From the UHGV virus genome UHGV-0069955: DNA of 12,124 bases; one strand, written 5' to 3'. The stretch comes from a virus. The stretch's first letter is position 1, and every line of letters begins with the position of its first letter. The position numbers were made by a program, and so were the translations under genes. The notes beneath the pieces were generated by a model, which searched no databases, was not told the origin of the DNA, and was given only the letters and a program-made list of their open reading frames with translations. This document shows, piece by piece, positions 1 to 6,165 of the stretch.

Positions 1-1
1 T

Positions 2-268
2 TTAATCAGCGAGTCAGCTTGGGAAGAAATGACCTGCTTATTCGCACCTTCCCTAGGTTACTGGCGAACACACGATTTCAGAAGAACGCTTGTTACACGT
101 CTGTCCGAGATGAATGTCGAGCCTCATGTTACTGAGCGAATGCTCGGTCATGAACTTGGCGGGATAATGTCCGTATACAATAAACACGACTGGATAGAGG
201 CTCAGCGCAAAGCGTATGAGCTTCACGCTGATAAATTGTTCTGGCACATCAGGAGCATTTCTGATTAA
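2..268 (+). CDS. Tyrosine recombinase (phage integrase), C-terminal fragment; 5' end lies outside the window
   Basis: Frame is open from base 2 to the stop at 266-268. Translation ...WRTHDFRRTLVTRLSEMNVEPHVTERMLGHELGGIMSVYNKHDW... resembles the C-terminal catalytic region of P4/CP4-57-type integrases (R..H box followed by a Tyr-containing segment). Cannot tell from the window whether the gene is intact. Confidence 0.6.
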   Translation, partial: LISESAWEEMTCLFAPSLGYWRTHDFRRTLVTRLSEMNVEPHVTERMLGHELGGIMSVYNKHDWIEAQRKAYELHADKLFWHIRSISD

Positions 269-440
269 CGCCACCGTTAAGAATCCACCCTTCAACAGCC
301 TCACGAAGGTATGATTTGGGGTGGGTTCTGACTGGCTTCGGAAATCCGTGCCGTTTGGTATAGTTCCAGATTGTCTGACGTGATGAAACACCGAGCTTGT
401 TCATCACTTCTTTCTCAGGAATCAGGCTGGTATCGGTCAT
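249..440 (-). CDS. AlpA-family excisionase / DNA-binding regulator (Xis-like), 63 aa
   Basis: MTDTSLIPEKEVMNKLGVSSRQTIWNYTKRHGFPKPV...W...EGWI matches the AlpA/Xis winged-helix pattern (L..KEV....G.S..TIW......FPKP......W). Its 3' end overlaps the integrase 3' end by 20 nt on the opposite strand. Confidence 0.65.
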   Translation of the reverse strand: MTDTSLIPEKEVMNKLGVSSRQTIWNYTKRHGFPKPVRTHPKSYLREAVEGWILNGGVNQKCS

Positions 441-497
441 CTTAATTCTCCAGGCAAGAAAAAACCGCCATATAGCGGATCTATCAGATATGTACAG

Positions 498-527
498 GCC
501 TCATCGAGTGTGAGGCGGTGTTATTTC
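498..527 (+). terminator. Weak candidate intrinsic terminator downstream of the integrase
   Basis: Inverted repeat gcctca (498-503) / tgaggc (511-516) with a 7-nt loop, followed by a T-rich but interrupted tract ggtgttatttc. Weak. Confidence 0.25.
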
Positions 528-613
528 ATGGTTAGTCCTTGCGTAGCTCGCTGATTCTTCTGTAAGTCTCTGGTGCTTTGCTATCTCACGCAGTGCCTGA
601 TAGTCAATCTTGC

Positions 614-1204
614 TCACTGGTCGCCTCCTTTGCGAAGCTGGTCGGCGAACAAACGTACACTAGACGCTTCACTGCGTAGAAACTTAACGGCATAATCAAA
701 ACCACCTCGTTCTGCGTCGTCTGCTCCGTTGTCGAGGTTATCTGCGTACATCTCTACCCCCTGCGCCCGCACTTCAGCCAGGAAAGCATCGGTGGTTGGG
801 GTTTCTGGAATGGCGTCTGGAATAACCTCTGAGTAGACGCGTTCCATTGCCGACTCCCATCCGTAGTAACAAGCCGAATAGCCGTCGCGCTGGTAGCCGT
901 GGTCTTCAACTCCACATCCCATGCCCTGGTCATGGTATTCAGGCTGATTGTCGGGATTAATGCAGTATTCAATGACCGACTTCATCCCCGCATTCTCCGC
1001 TGCCAGCGCAGTGCACTTGGCCTCAAGGTTATCAATCGTGATTCCAGCAGAAAGACACTCCCGCAACGCCGTTTCCAGTTTTGATTCAAGTTCACCGAAC
1101 TTACGGACAAGATATTCAGCGTTTGTTTCGTTAACATTTAAATCTCGGGGGATGCATTTACCTTTCAGAAAACCATTCATCTCAATTAGTGACATTTGTT
1201 TCAT
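614..1204 (-). CDS. Hypothetical early accessory protein (196 aa from ATG at 1204; ORF track extends to a GTG at 1222)
   Basis: Long ORF. The ATG at 1204 forms an ATGA overlap with the stop of the upstream small ORF (1201-1203). No motif I recognise; acidic C-terminal half. Confidence 0.5.
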   Translation of the reverse strand: MKQMSLIEMNGFLKGKCIPRDLNVNETNAEYLVRKFGELESKLETALRECLSAGITIDNLEAKCTALAAENAGMKSVIEYCINPDNQPEYHDQGMGCGVEDHGYQRDGYSACYYGWESAMERVYSEVIPDAIPETPTTDAFLAEVRAQGVEMYADNLDNGADDAERGGFDYAVKFLRSEASSVRLFADQLRKGGDQ

Positions 1205-1365
1205 TTCTTCCCACTCCGCCACATAGCATTCAGATATTTGTTGTCATTAACAGAGCCGAAACTATTTCTCTTAAGCAATTCCTCTCTCGATGGCATTGGC
1301 TTTACGCGTTGGCGAATAATCATTTCTGCCGGAAGAATGCCGGGATTGTATGCAAGTCCTCTCAT
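1201..1365 (-). CDS. Small hypothetical protein (54 aa from ATG at 1365; in-frame alternative ATG at 1383)
   Basis: GAGGAA Shine-Dalgarno 8 nt upstream of the ATG at 1365. The frame is open back to 1518 but that stretch overlaps the 98-aa gene. Stop overlaps the start of the downstream gene (ATGA). Confidence 0.3.
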   Translation of the reverse strand: MRGLAYNPGILPAEMIIRQRVKPMPSREELLKRNSFGSVNDNKYLNAMWRSGKK

Positions 1366-1375
1366 GGTAAATTCC

Positions 1376-1672
1376 TCAGTCATTACTGATAGCGCCATAG
1401 CGTGAGCGGTAATTACGCAGGCGCGGGTCGATATATTCAGGGAAGTGGGTATATGTTGCTTTGCGGAATGGTCGGATTGATGTCTGGTAAATTCGCTCGC
1501 GTTCTTCTTTCTCTGCAAGCCATATACAGTGGCGAAATTCCTTTTCCTCTTTCGTTTCCTGCGGTAGCGACATTATCCGATCGTAGTTTTTTCTGAATTT
1601 ATCCAGCACCTCCGATACGGAATTGCCGGAACAGCGGCGCGCGTCATCCGCACCATACAAAGGCGCTGGCAT
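1376..1672 (-). CDS. Hypothetical protein, 98 aa
   Basis: ATG at 1672 preceded by an AGGAG Shine-Dalgarno; begins 14 nt after the stop of the upstream HNH gene. Charged/basic protein with no recognisable catalytic motif. Confidence 0.5.
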   Translation of the reverse strand: MPAPLYGADDARRCSGNSVSEVLDKFRKNYDRIMSLPQETKEEKEFRHCIWLAEKEERERIYQTSIRPFRKATYTHFPEYIDPRLRNYRSRYGAISND

Positions 1673-1685
1673 GATTTTCTCCTGA

Positions 1686-2165
1686 TTAAATTGCGTGAAT
1701 AGCGTGACGAGGGAAGGGGAGAGTTACTGGTTCCTCGTCTGGGTAGATAGGTTTGTTATGTTTGTGCCACTCGACATGGCATGACTTGCAGAGCCACATC
1801 ACATCGGTTGGTTTGCTGTAGTCGCAGTGGTGCGCCTGTGGTTTACATTCTGATCCGCAGCACTCACATTGTGGTGGTCGGATTAGCTTACCGTCGCGCA
1901 AAAAATTACCCACGATGATGTGGGCTTTTCTTTTCCATGGGTTGCTCTGAATGAACCGCTTTTTGGCTGCGTTACACCGTCCTCTGCCGCGTTCCGATGA
2001 TTGATATTCTCTCCTTGCTGATACTCGATGTGGCAATCCCGCGCGCTCTTTGTCGTATTCAGCCAGGCAAGCCCGGCAAGCGGCAGTTAATCCATCTCTG
2101 GATGCTCTTCTGATTTGAAAGTCCCTTTCTTCCTTCTGTTGATGGCATCTTGAGCAGATTTTCAT
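1686..2165 (-). CDS. HNH-family endonuclease with N-terminal Cys-rich (zinc-ribbon-like) region, 159 aa
   Basis: C-terminal ...AHHCDYSKPTDVMWLCKSCHVEWHKH fits the HNH motif (HH...D...LC..CH..H). N-terminal CSRCH...CRAC Cys pairs. AGGAG Shine-Dalgarno overlaps the SSB stop codon. Confidence 0.6.
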   Translation of the reverse strand: MKICSRCHQQKEERDFQIRRASRDGLTAACRACLAEYDKERAGLPHRVSARREYQSSERGRGRCNAAKKRFIQSNPWKRKAHIIVGNFLRDGKLIRPPQCECCGSECKPQAHHCDYSKPTDVMWLCKSCHVEWHKHNKPIYPDEEPVTLPFPRHAIHAI

Positions 2166-2174
2166 ATTCAGCTC

Positions 2175-2648
2175 CTAGAACGGAATATCCGAATCGTCGA
2201 AGTTCATAGGTGGTTCGCTGTGATTTCCATGCTGCTGAGGTTGCTGTCTTTGTTGCTGACCGTTATTTCGCTGAGGTGAAGACTGTTCATTGCCTCCTTG
2301 CTTGCCACCAAGCATTTGCATGGTTCCACCAACGCCCACGATGACTTCGGTAGTGAACCTATCCTGTCCGCTTTGATCCTGCCATTTTCTTGTCCGTAAT
2401 TTGCCTTCAAGATAAACCTCAGAGCCTTTTCGCAGATATTCGCTGGCAATTTCTGCCAGTTTCCCGCTCATTACCACACGGTGCCACTCCGTCTGCTCCT
2501 TTTGCTCTCCAGTTTGCTTATCACGCCATTGTTCTGACGTAGCAACTGTAAGGTTTGCAAATGCCGTTCCTGATGGTGAGTATCGAACTTCCGGGTCTTG
2601 TCCTACCCGACCAAGGATAATCACCTTATTTATCCCGCGAGAACTCAT
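2175..2648 (-). CDS. ssb: Single-stranded DNA-binding protein (SSB), 157 aa from ATG at 2648
   Basis: [27 protein letters not shown]...TEWHRVV...Gly/Gln-rich linker...C-terminal acidic tail DDSDIPF is the classic bacterial/phage SSB OB-fold and tail. The ATG overlaps the upstream HNH stop (ATGA). ORF track's 2657 start is an upstream GTG. Confidence 0.9.
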   Translation of the reverse strand: MSSRGINKVIILGRVGQDPEVRYSPSGTAFANLTVATSEQWRDKQTGEQKEQTEWHRVVMSGKLAEIASEYLRKGSEVYLEGKLRTRKWQDQSGQDRFTTEVIVGVGGTMQMLGGKQGGNEQSSPQRNNGQQQRQQPQQHGNHSEPPMNFDDSDIPF

Positions 2649-3112
2649 TTGCTCCACCTCTTGCCAGTTTTTATGTTGCTTATAATTGATTGAGATACAC
2701 CCATGTCTTTTGCTATCTTGTACTGACTCTCTTTTTCAGAGAGTCTTTTCCTAATTTCTATAACCTGCCACTCTGTTAATTTTGCACCATGATGAGCATG
2801 ACCTTTCTTGGCTCCACGATGCCTTCCTTTTGCTATCTTGTCGTCCATGTTTTCTTGCGCGCTACCTAAAAAGAGATGTTCAGGATTAACGCAGCATGGG
2901 TTATCGCATTTGTGGCAAACCATCTTCCCAGATGGAATGGGGGAGTGATAAAGCTCAAAAGCAACACGATGAGAAAGCATTGTTACGCCAAAGGCTACAA
3001 ATTTTGTGTATCCTCCTTTGTTTTTTGAATAGGTAGACTCCCAGCAACCTGTTGTTTCATTAACTTTGTAGCTGGACTCGAATCTTTTAATAATTCCGTC
3101 CAAGTGAGACAT
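2645..3112 (-). CDS. HNH endonuclease (HNH_3-type) with C-terminal helix-turn-helix, homing-endonuclease-like, 155 aa
   Basis: [17 protein letters not shown]...[12 protein letters not shown]...[26 protein letters not shown] is the HNH_3 signature. C-terminal [42 protein letters not shown] looks like an HTH. ATG directly follows the SSAP stop (TAAATG). Confidence 0.75.
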   Translation of the reverse strand: MSHLDGIIKRFESSYKVNETTGCWESTYSKNKGGYTKFVAFGVTMLSHRVAFELYHSPIPSGKMVCHKCDNPCCVNPEHLFLGSAQENMDDKIAKGRHRGAKKGHAHHGAKLTEWQVIEIRKRLSEKESQYKIAKDMGVSQSIISNIKTGKRWSK

Positions 3113-3820
3113 TTATGCCGCCTGTTTTAGTTCGTTAACTCTGATGTTCATTACCTGAACGCATTTAGCCTGCGCCTCCTCGTTGCCAGCCATTAATTGC
3201 CAGTCACGCTGATAACGCTCGATGAGTTTTTTCTTGTCAGTTTCTGTTGACGCATAATCGCTGAAGTCTTTCAGGATTTGTTCGCAGTCAACCGATGGAG
3301 ATTTCTGGTTGGTATTTTCTGGTGATGGTTTGTTATCTGATGCTGGGATTGCCCATCCAGGCAGCGATGGAGGGAGCCAGTAAAATCCTGTTCCATCCTT
3401 CAGTTTTGCCCTGTGCCACCCCTGCTTTTTATCGAGAGATGTTTGTGCAAAACCTTCCTCAAGGTTATACAGATACCGACCGATTCCCCACTGAACGGCA
3501 GCACGCTTCATTGCACCTGAACGACCACCTTTGACGGCTTCTACCTGCGTGTTTTCAGCAGCATCCCATTTGGTTACCCATTCGGAATCAATCTTGATTG
3601 ATATGCCGCATTCAACTCCGCCGTTGTTGGGAATATCGCGGTATTCATTGCGCCATCCTGCTTTGCCGCAAACATCGTCCAGGCGTTTCATGATTGCCCG
3701 GTTCGTGACATAAGCCAGCACCATAGCCCACACCTTGCCATCGCGTGTTTTACCGCTTTGCTGTATTCGCCATTCGATATCTTCAGGGCTGAATGGCTCA
3801 TCGAATTTGTTCAAATCCAT
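3113..3820 (-). CDS. Rad52-like single-strand annealing protein (phage recombinase, Sak-like), 235 aa
   Basis: ...GISIKIDSEWVTKWDAAENTQVEAVKGGRSGAMKRAAVQWGIGRYLYNLEEGF carries the KRAAV.(F/W)GIGRYLY hallmark I associate with phage Rad52/22-family SSAPs. Sits where lambda has bet. GAGGTG Shine-Dalgarno. Confidence 0.7.
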   Translation of the reverse strand: MDLNKFDEPFSPEDIEWRIQQSGKTRDGKVWAMVLAYVTNRAIMKRLDDVCGKAGWRNEYRDIPNNGGVECGISIKIDSEWVTKWDAAENTQVEAVKGGRSGAMKRAAVQWGIGRYLYNLEEGFAQTSLDKKQGWHRAKLKDGTGFYWLPPSLPGWAIPASDNKPSPENTNQKSPSVDCEQILKDFSDYASTETDKKKLIERYQRDWQLMAGNEEAQAKCVQVMNIRVNELKQAA

Positions 3821-3828
3821 AATTCACC

Positions 3829-3999
3829 TCAGAATGGACACGGCCCAAGAAAATAACGCTGATTTAATACTTCGACTCGGGACAAATTAAGGCATACCCG
3901 CATTCCTTCGCGGTCGCCATTATGGCGATACCAGAGAGCTTTCTGCGTGTACATGCGTCTCTGTAACTTGCTCTCCTTCACTGTGGTTGCAAGTGACAT
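3829..3999 (-). CDS. Small hypothetical protein, 56 aa (MSLATTVKESKLQRRMYTQKALWYRHNGDREGMRVCLNLSRVEVLNQRYFLGPCPF)
   Basis: Not in the ORF track (<60 aa). ATG at 3999 with an AGGAG Shine-Dalgarno 7 nt upstream. Overlaps the next small ORF by 80 nt in another frame, so only one of the two may be real. Confidence 0.35.
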   Translation of the reverse strand: MSLATTVKESKLQRRMYTQKALWYRHNGDREGMRVCLNLSRVEVLNQRYFLGPCPF

Positions 4000-4078
4000 G
4001 AATATCTCCTTCGTTACCGATTAATTCTTTCATCTGACGAATGAATTCTTCGTCTGACCAGTTATCTGTAAAACTCAT
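3920..4078 (-). CDS. Small hypothetical protein, 52 aa (MSFTDNWSDEEFIRQMKELIGNEGDIHVTCNHSEGEQVTETHVHAESSLVSP)
   Basis: Not in the ORF track. ATG at 4078 overlaps the stop of the Kil-like ORF (ATGA). Weak AGGAA Shine-Dalgarno. Acidic. Confidence 0.3.
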   Translation of the reverse strand: MSFTDNWSDEEFIRQMKELIGNEGDIHVTCNHSEGEQVTETHVHAESSLVSP

Positions 4079-4227
4079 TTCCTGCGATACCACGGAAGGT
4101 TGATAGCTGATTTCATCGCTTTATTTGCTTCAAGCCACATTTTGGAATCACCAATAAATCTGGCTATTACTGCTTTGTTTTGTGCTGCACGAAGCATCTG
4201 GTGATTGATGGCTATTTCATTGCGCAT
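4075..4227 (-). CDS. Kil-like small protein (candidate host cell-division inhibitor), 50 aa
   Basis: MRNEIAINHQMLRAAQNKAVIARFIGDSKMWLEANKAMKSAINLPWYRRK. The ...ARFIGDSKMW... core resembles lambda Kil (...ATFIGDEKMF...) as I recall it. GGAGG Shine-Dalgarno 5 nt upstream. Position (between CIII-like and the recombinase) matches lambda kil. Confidence 0.45.
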   Translation of the reverse strand: MRNEIAINHQMLRAAQNKAVIARFIGDSKMWLEANKAMKSAINLPWYRRK

Positions 4228-4346
4228 AACGCCTCCAGTTGTTTCTTTGCTGCTCTGATTAATTGTTTAACTCGGCGTGATAATTCAGATTCGTGCGGGT
4301 AGAAAGCGGACATGACGCCGCTACCCGCGAGCTGAAAGTGCATCAT
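4212..4346 (-). CDS. CIII-like small protein (candidate FtsH-inhibitor family), 44 aa
   Basis: MMHFQLAGSGVMSAFYPHESELSRRVKQLIRAAKKQLEALCAMK. Resembles lambda CIII (..AIAG.PV.....SESLLERITRKLRDGWKRL) in the AG...ESxL...R..K.L region. AAGGAG Shine-Dalgarno 6 nt upstream. The upstream part of the 79-aa track ORF is rejected because it spans the terminator at 4412-4436. Confidence 0.45.
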   Translation of the reverse strand: MMHFQLAGSGVMSAFYPHESELSRRVKQLIRAAKKQLEALCAMK

Positions 4347-4411
4347 GGGTAACTCCTTATATTTGATTGCATAACGAAAACGCCTCGAGTGAAGCGTTAT
4401 TGGTATGCATA

Positions 4412-4436
4412 TAAAAAAGCCCTCACACTGGAGGGC
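4412..4436 (-). terminator. Rho-independent terminator on the leftward transcript (tL-like), upstream of the cIII/kil genes
   Basis: Minus strand reads GCCCTC-cagtgt-GAGGGC followed by TTTTTTAT (plus strand gccctc 4419-4424, gagggc 4431-4436, A-tract 4412-4418). An N-antiterminated pL transcript would read through it. Confidence 0.6.
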
Positions 4437-4498
4437 AAAGAAGATTTCCAATAATCAGAACAAGTCGGCTCCTGTTTAGTTACGAGCGACATTGCTCC

Positions 4499-4526
4499 GT
4501 GTATTCACTCGTTGGAATGAATACAC
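4499..4526. other. Perfect 9-bp inverted repeat (stem-loop/possible protein binding site) in the intergenic region
   Basis: gtgtattca (4499-4507), 10-nt loop, tgaatacac (4518-4526). No clean U-tract on either strand. Confidence 0.4.
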
Positions 4527-4570
4527 AGTGCAGTGTTTATTCTGTTGTTAGTGCCAAAAATAAAGGCCGA

Positions 4571-5194
4571 CTATGCGGACTCGGAAGGAAGTCCAATCAT
4601 CTTATTCAAATCTTCTACCCGTAAAGCAGGAAGTGCTGTACTTGCTTTGTCTGCTTCTTTTGGTAGCAATTCTTTGCTTTCAGGCCAAACTTCAATAAGT
4701 CGCTTAACTGTTGTGACTGAGTTCAAAGCAGCCCATACATTTGATTCGATATCCTTTTTCTTGGCTTCAAGTTTTTGTTGCAATGCGCAGATTTCATCAA
4801 ACCTTTTTGTTATTTCGTGTTCTGCATCAAACATGCATTTATCTTTGGTTGGAGTAGGGAGCAATATATCTTCGCCGTTGCCGTCTTTCCCATATGAATG
4901 CCATCCAACCCTTCTGCCAGATACAGTCAGATAAATTGAAGTAGAACGAACATCGTATGAGTAAAATGAACATCCCATCTTTTCAAGTTCTTCACTTATA
5001 GCTACTAACCTGGATGATAACTGATCCACTTCCTCAGTTTTCTTTTTACCGCCAAACGCAATAACTCTGGCGTCAAGTGCAAGCTGGTTCTTTAACTTTG
5101 TTACTTCTTCAAGTTCAGTGAAAACCCCAGACTTAATTAAAGCGTTACGAGCGATTTTCTCTTTCATTCTCGTAGTTAAGCGGATTGATGACAT
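4571..5194 (-). CDS. Hypothetical low-GC accessory (moron) protein, 207 aa from ATG at 5194
   Basis: Strong GAGAGGAA Shine-Dalgarno 5 nt upstream of the ATG at 5194 (track's 5209 start is TTG). Visibly AT-rich relative to the lambda-like flanks. Translation MSSIRLTTRMKEKIARNALIKSG... is Lys/Glu-rich with no motif I recognise. Confidence 0.6.
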   Translation of the reverse strand: MSSIRLTTRMKEKIARNALIKSGVFTELEEVTKLKNQLALDARVIAFGGKKKTEEVDQLSSRLVAISEELEKMGCSFYSYDVRSTSIYLTVSGRRVGWHSYGKDGNGEDILLPTPTKDKCMFDAEHEITKRFDEICALQQKLEAKKKDIESNVWAALNSVTTVKRLIEVWPESKELLPKEADKASTALPALRVEDLNKMIGLPSESA

Positions 5195-5251
5195 ATTAAT
5201 TCCTCTCAAATAAGTGGTTTGCTGCGAAAGTAAATACGCTTAAGTTACCTG

Positions 5252-5389
5252 TTATTTATCCCACCAAGTTCCGTATCTATCTATCCAGTTACACCAATCA
5301 TCGACACTCCATTTTGTTGTGTCGCATTTTGGCAACTGGCATGAATATCTACCTTCTTTGTAAAGTCGGCGTTTGACTTTCTTGAGCAT
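5252..5389 (-). CDS. Small Cys/Trp-rich hypothetical protein, 45 aa (MLKKVKRRLYKEGRYSCQLPKCDTTKWSVDDWCNWIDRYGTWWDK)
   Basis: Not in the ORF track. ATG at 5389 with a GAGGTG Shine-Dalgarno that overlaps the N stop codon. Cys residues spaced in a zinc-ribbon-like pattern. Confidence 0.35.
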   Translation of the reverse strand: MLKKVKRRLYKEGRYSCQLPKCDTTKWSVDDWCNWIDRYGTWWDK

Positions 5390-5397
5390 GGCTCACC

Positions 5398-5730
5398 TCA
5401 ATCGTAATAAGCTGGAATTGATTTTCCGCGTTGCTTCTGGCGACCAACACAAGTCACACCCATTTCACTGCGTGGCTTGCTGTACCATGTGCGCTGATTC
5501 TTGCGTTCAATACGTTGCAGGTTGCTTTCAATCTGTTCGTGGTATTCAGCCAGCACCGTAAGGTCTATCGGATTCAGTGCGCTTTCTACTCGTGATTTCG
5601 GTTTGCGATTCAGCGAGAGAATAGGGCGGTTAACTGGTTTTGCGCTTACCCCAACCAACAGGGGATTTGCTGCTTTCCATTGAGCCTGTTTCTCTGCGCG
5701 ACGTTCGCGGCGGCGTGCTTGTGCATCCAT
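5398..5730 (-). CDS. N: Antitermination protein N (lambda-type), 110 aa from ATG at 5730
   Basis: MDAQARRRERRAEKQAQWKAANPLLVGVSAKPVNRPILSLNRKPKSRVESALNPIDLTVLAEYHEQIESNLQRIERKNQRTWYSKP... is near-identical to lambda N as I recall it, including the Arg-rich boxB-binding motif. AGGAG Shine-Dalgarno upstream. Track's 5820 start is an upstream extension. Confidence 0.92.
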   Translation of the reverse strand: MDAQARRRERRAEKQAQWKAANPLLVGVSAKPVNRPILSLNRKPKSRVESALNPIDLTVLAEYHEQIESNLQRIERKNQRTWYSKPRSEMGVTCVGRQKQRGKSIPAYYD

Positions 5731-5840
5731 CTGGATTCTCCTGTCAGTTAGCTTTGAGTAACGCGCCGTGATGCTTATCTCCACGGTTGCTGTCTTGCAG
5801 CTGCATTTCGCGCTACTCAAAGCTTTCTGCTTTGAATGCC

Positions 5841-5871
5841 GCCCTTCTTCAGGGCTAAATTTTTAAGAGCC
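5841..5871 (-). promoter_or_regulatory. nutL: nutL (boxB 5841-5855, boxA 5863-5871)
   Basis: Minus strand reads GCTCTTAAAAATTTAGCCCTGAAGAAGGGC: boxA-like GCTCTTA plus the boxB hairpin GCCCTGAAGAAGGGC, matching lambda nutL as recalled. Confidence 0.8.
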
Positions 5872-5904
5872 TCACCTTCAATGGTGGTTAGTGCGTCCTG
5901 CTGA

Positions 5905-5974
5905 TGTGCTTAGTATCACCGCCAGTGGTATTTATGTCAACACCGCCAGAGATAATTTATCACCGCAGATGGTT
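5905..5974 (-). promoter_or_regulatory. pL promoter with operators OL1 (5914-5930), OL2 (5938-5954), OL3 (5958-5974)
   Basis: Three 17-bp operator half-site pairs: tatcaccgccagtggta, caacaccgccagagata, tatcaccgcagatggtt. On the minus strand, -35 TTGACA (complement of 5935-5940) and -10 GATACT (complement of 5912-5917) are 17 bp apart. Confidence 0.8.
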
Positions 5975-6126
5975 ATCTGTATGTTTTTTATATAGATTTA
6001 TTTTTTTGCAGGGTTGTGTGGATTGGGAAGGTGATCGAGAGATCTGAATTGCGATGTTTAGTGAGTTGTATCTATTAATTTTGAAATAAATACAATTGGT
6101 TATGCGTTTTTTGGGGGATCGTGAGG

Positions 6127-6155
6127 CAAAGAAAACCCGGCGCTGAGGCCGGGTT
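6127..6155 (-). terminator. Rho-independent terminator of the cI-linked leftward transcript (timm-like)
   Basis: aacccggc (6134-6141) / gccgggtt (6148-6155) GC-rich stem, followed on the minus strand by TTTTCTTTG. Lies 11 nt downstream of the stop of the 118-aa gene. Confidence 0.6.
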
Positions 6156-6165
6156 GTGTAGATTC

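Noticed and set aside
53-391. 112-aa ORF on the minus strand overlapping the integrase 3' end and the xis gene
   Set aside because: Antisense to the integrase coding frame and overlaps the well-supported AlpA-like ORF in another frame; no start signal; low-complexity translation.
451-478. Possible minus-strand terminator (ccgc...gcgg followed by TTTTTTCTT) between the 196-aa gene and xis
   Set aside because: The stem is only 4 bp; too weak to call a terminator. May still act as a pause or attenuator site.
754-1405. Several 60-92 aa ORFs on both strands (754-972 -, 899-1084 +, 948-1226 +, 1189-1389 +, 1196-1405 +)
   Set aside because: All lie inside or antisense to the longer minus-strand genes at 614-1204 and 1201-1365, lack Shine-Dalgarno sequences, and have Ser/Leu/Arg-rich compositions typical of out-of-frame reads.
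2204-2449. 81-aa minus-strand ORF inside ssb in another frame
   Set aside because: Embedded in the confidently identified SSB gene; no independent start signal.
3295-3713. Plus-strand ORFs 3295-3534 and 3531-3713 opposite the recombinase gene
   Set aside because: Antisense to the Rad52-like SSAP gene; no ribosome-binding sites; implausible composition.
4347-4451. Upstream part of the 79-aa track ORF (4212-4451) beyond the CIII-like start
   Set aside because: This stretch spans the terminator hairpin and T-tract at 4412-4436 and lacks a Shine-Dalgarno, whereas the internal ATG at 4346 has a consensus AAGGAG. The short CIII-like ORF is the better model.
4533-4934. 133-aa plus-strand ORF antisense to the low-GC 207-aa gene
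   Set aside because: Antisense read of an AT-rich gene; Ser/Leu/Phe-rich; no start signal. The minus-strand gene has a very strong Shine-Dalgarno.
5731-5820. N-terminal extension of N to 140 aa (track start at 5820)
   Set aside because: The lambda N start MDAQ... coincides with the ATG at 5730, which has an AGGAG Shine-Dalgarno; the extension would read into the nutL region.
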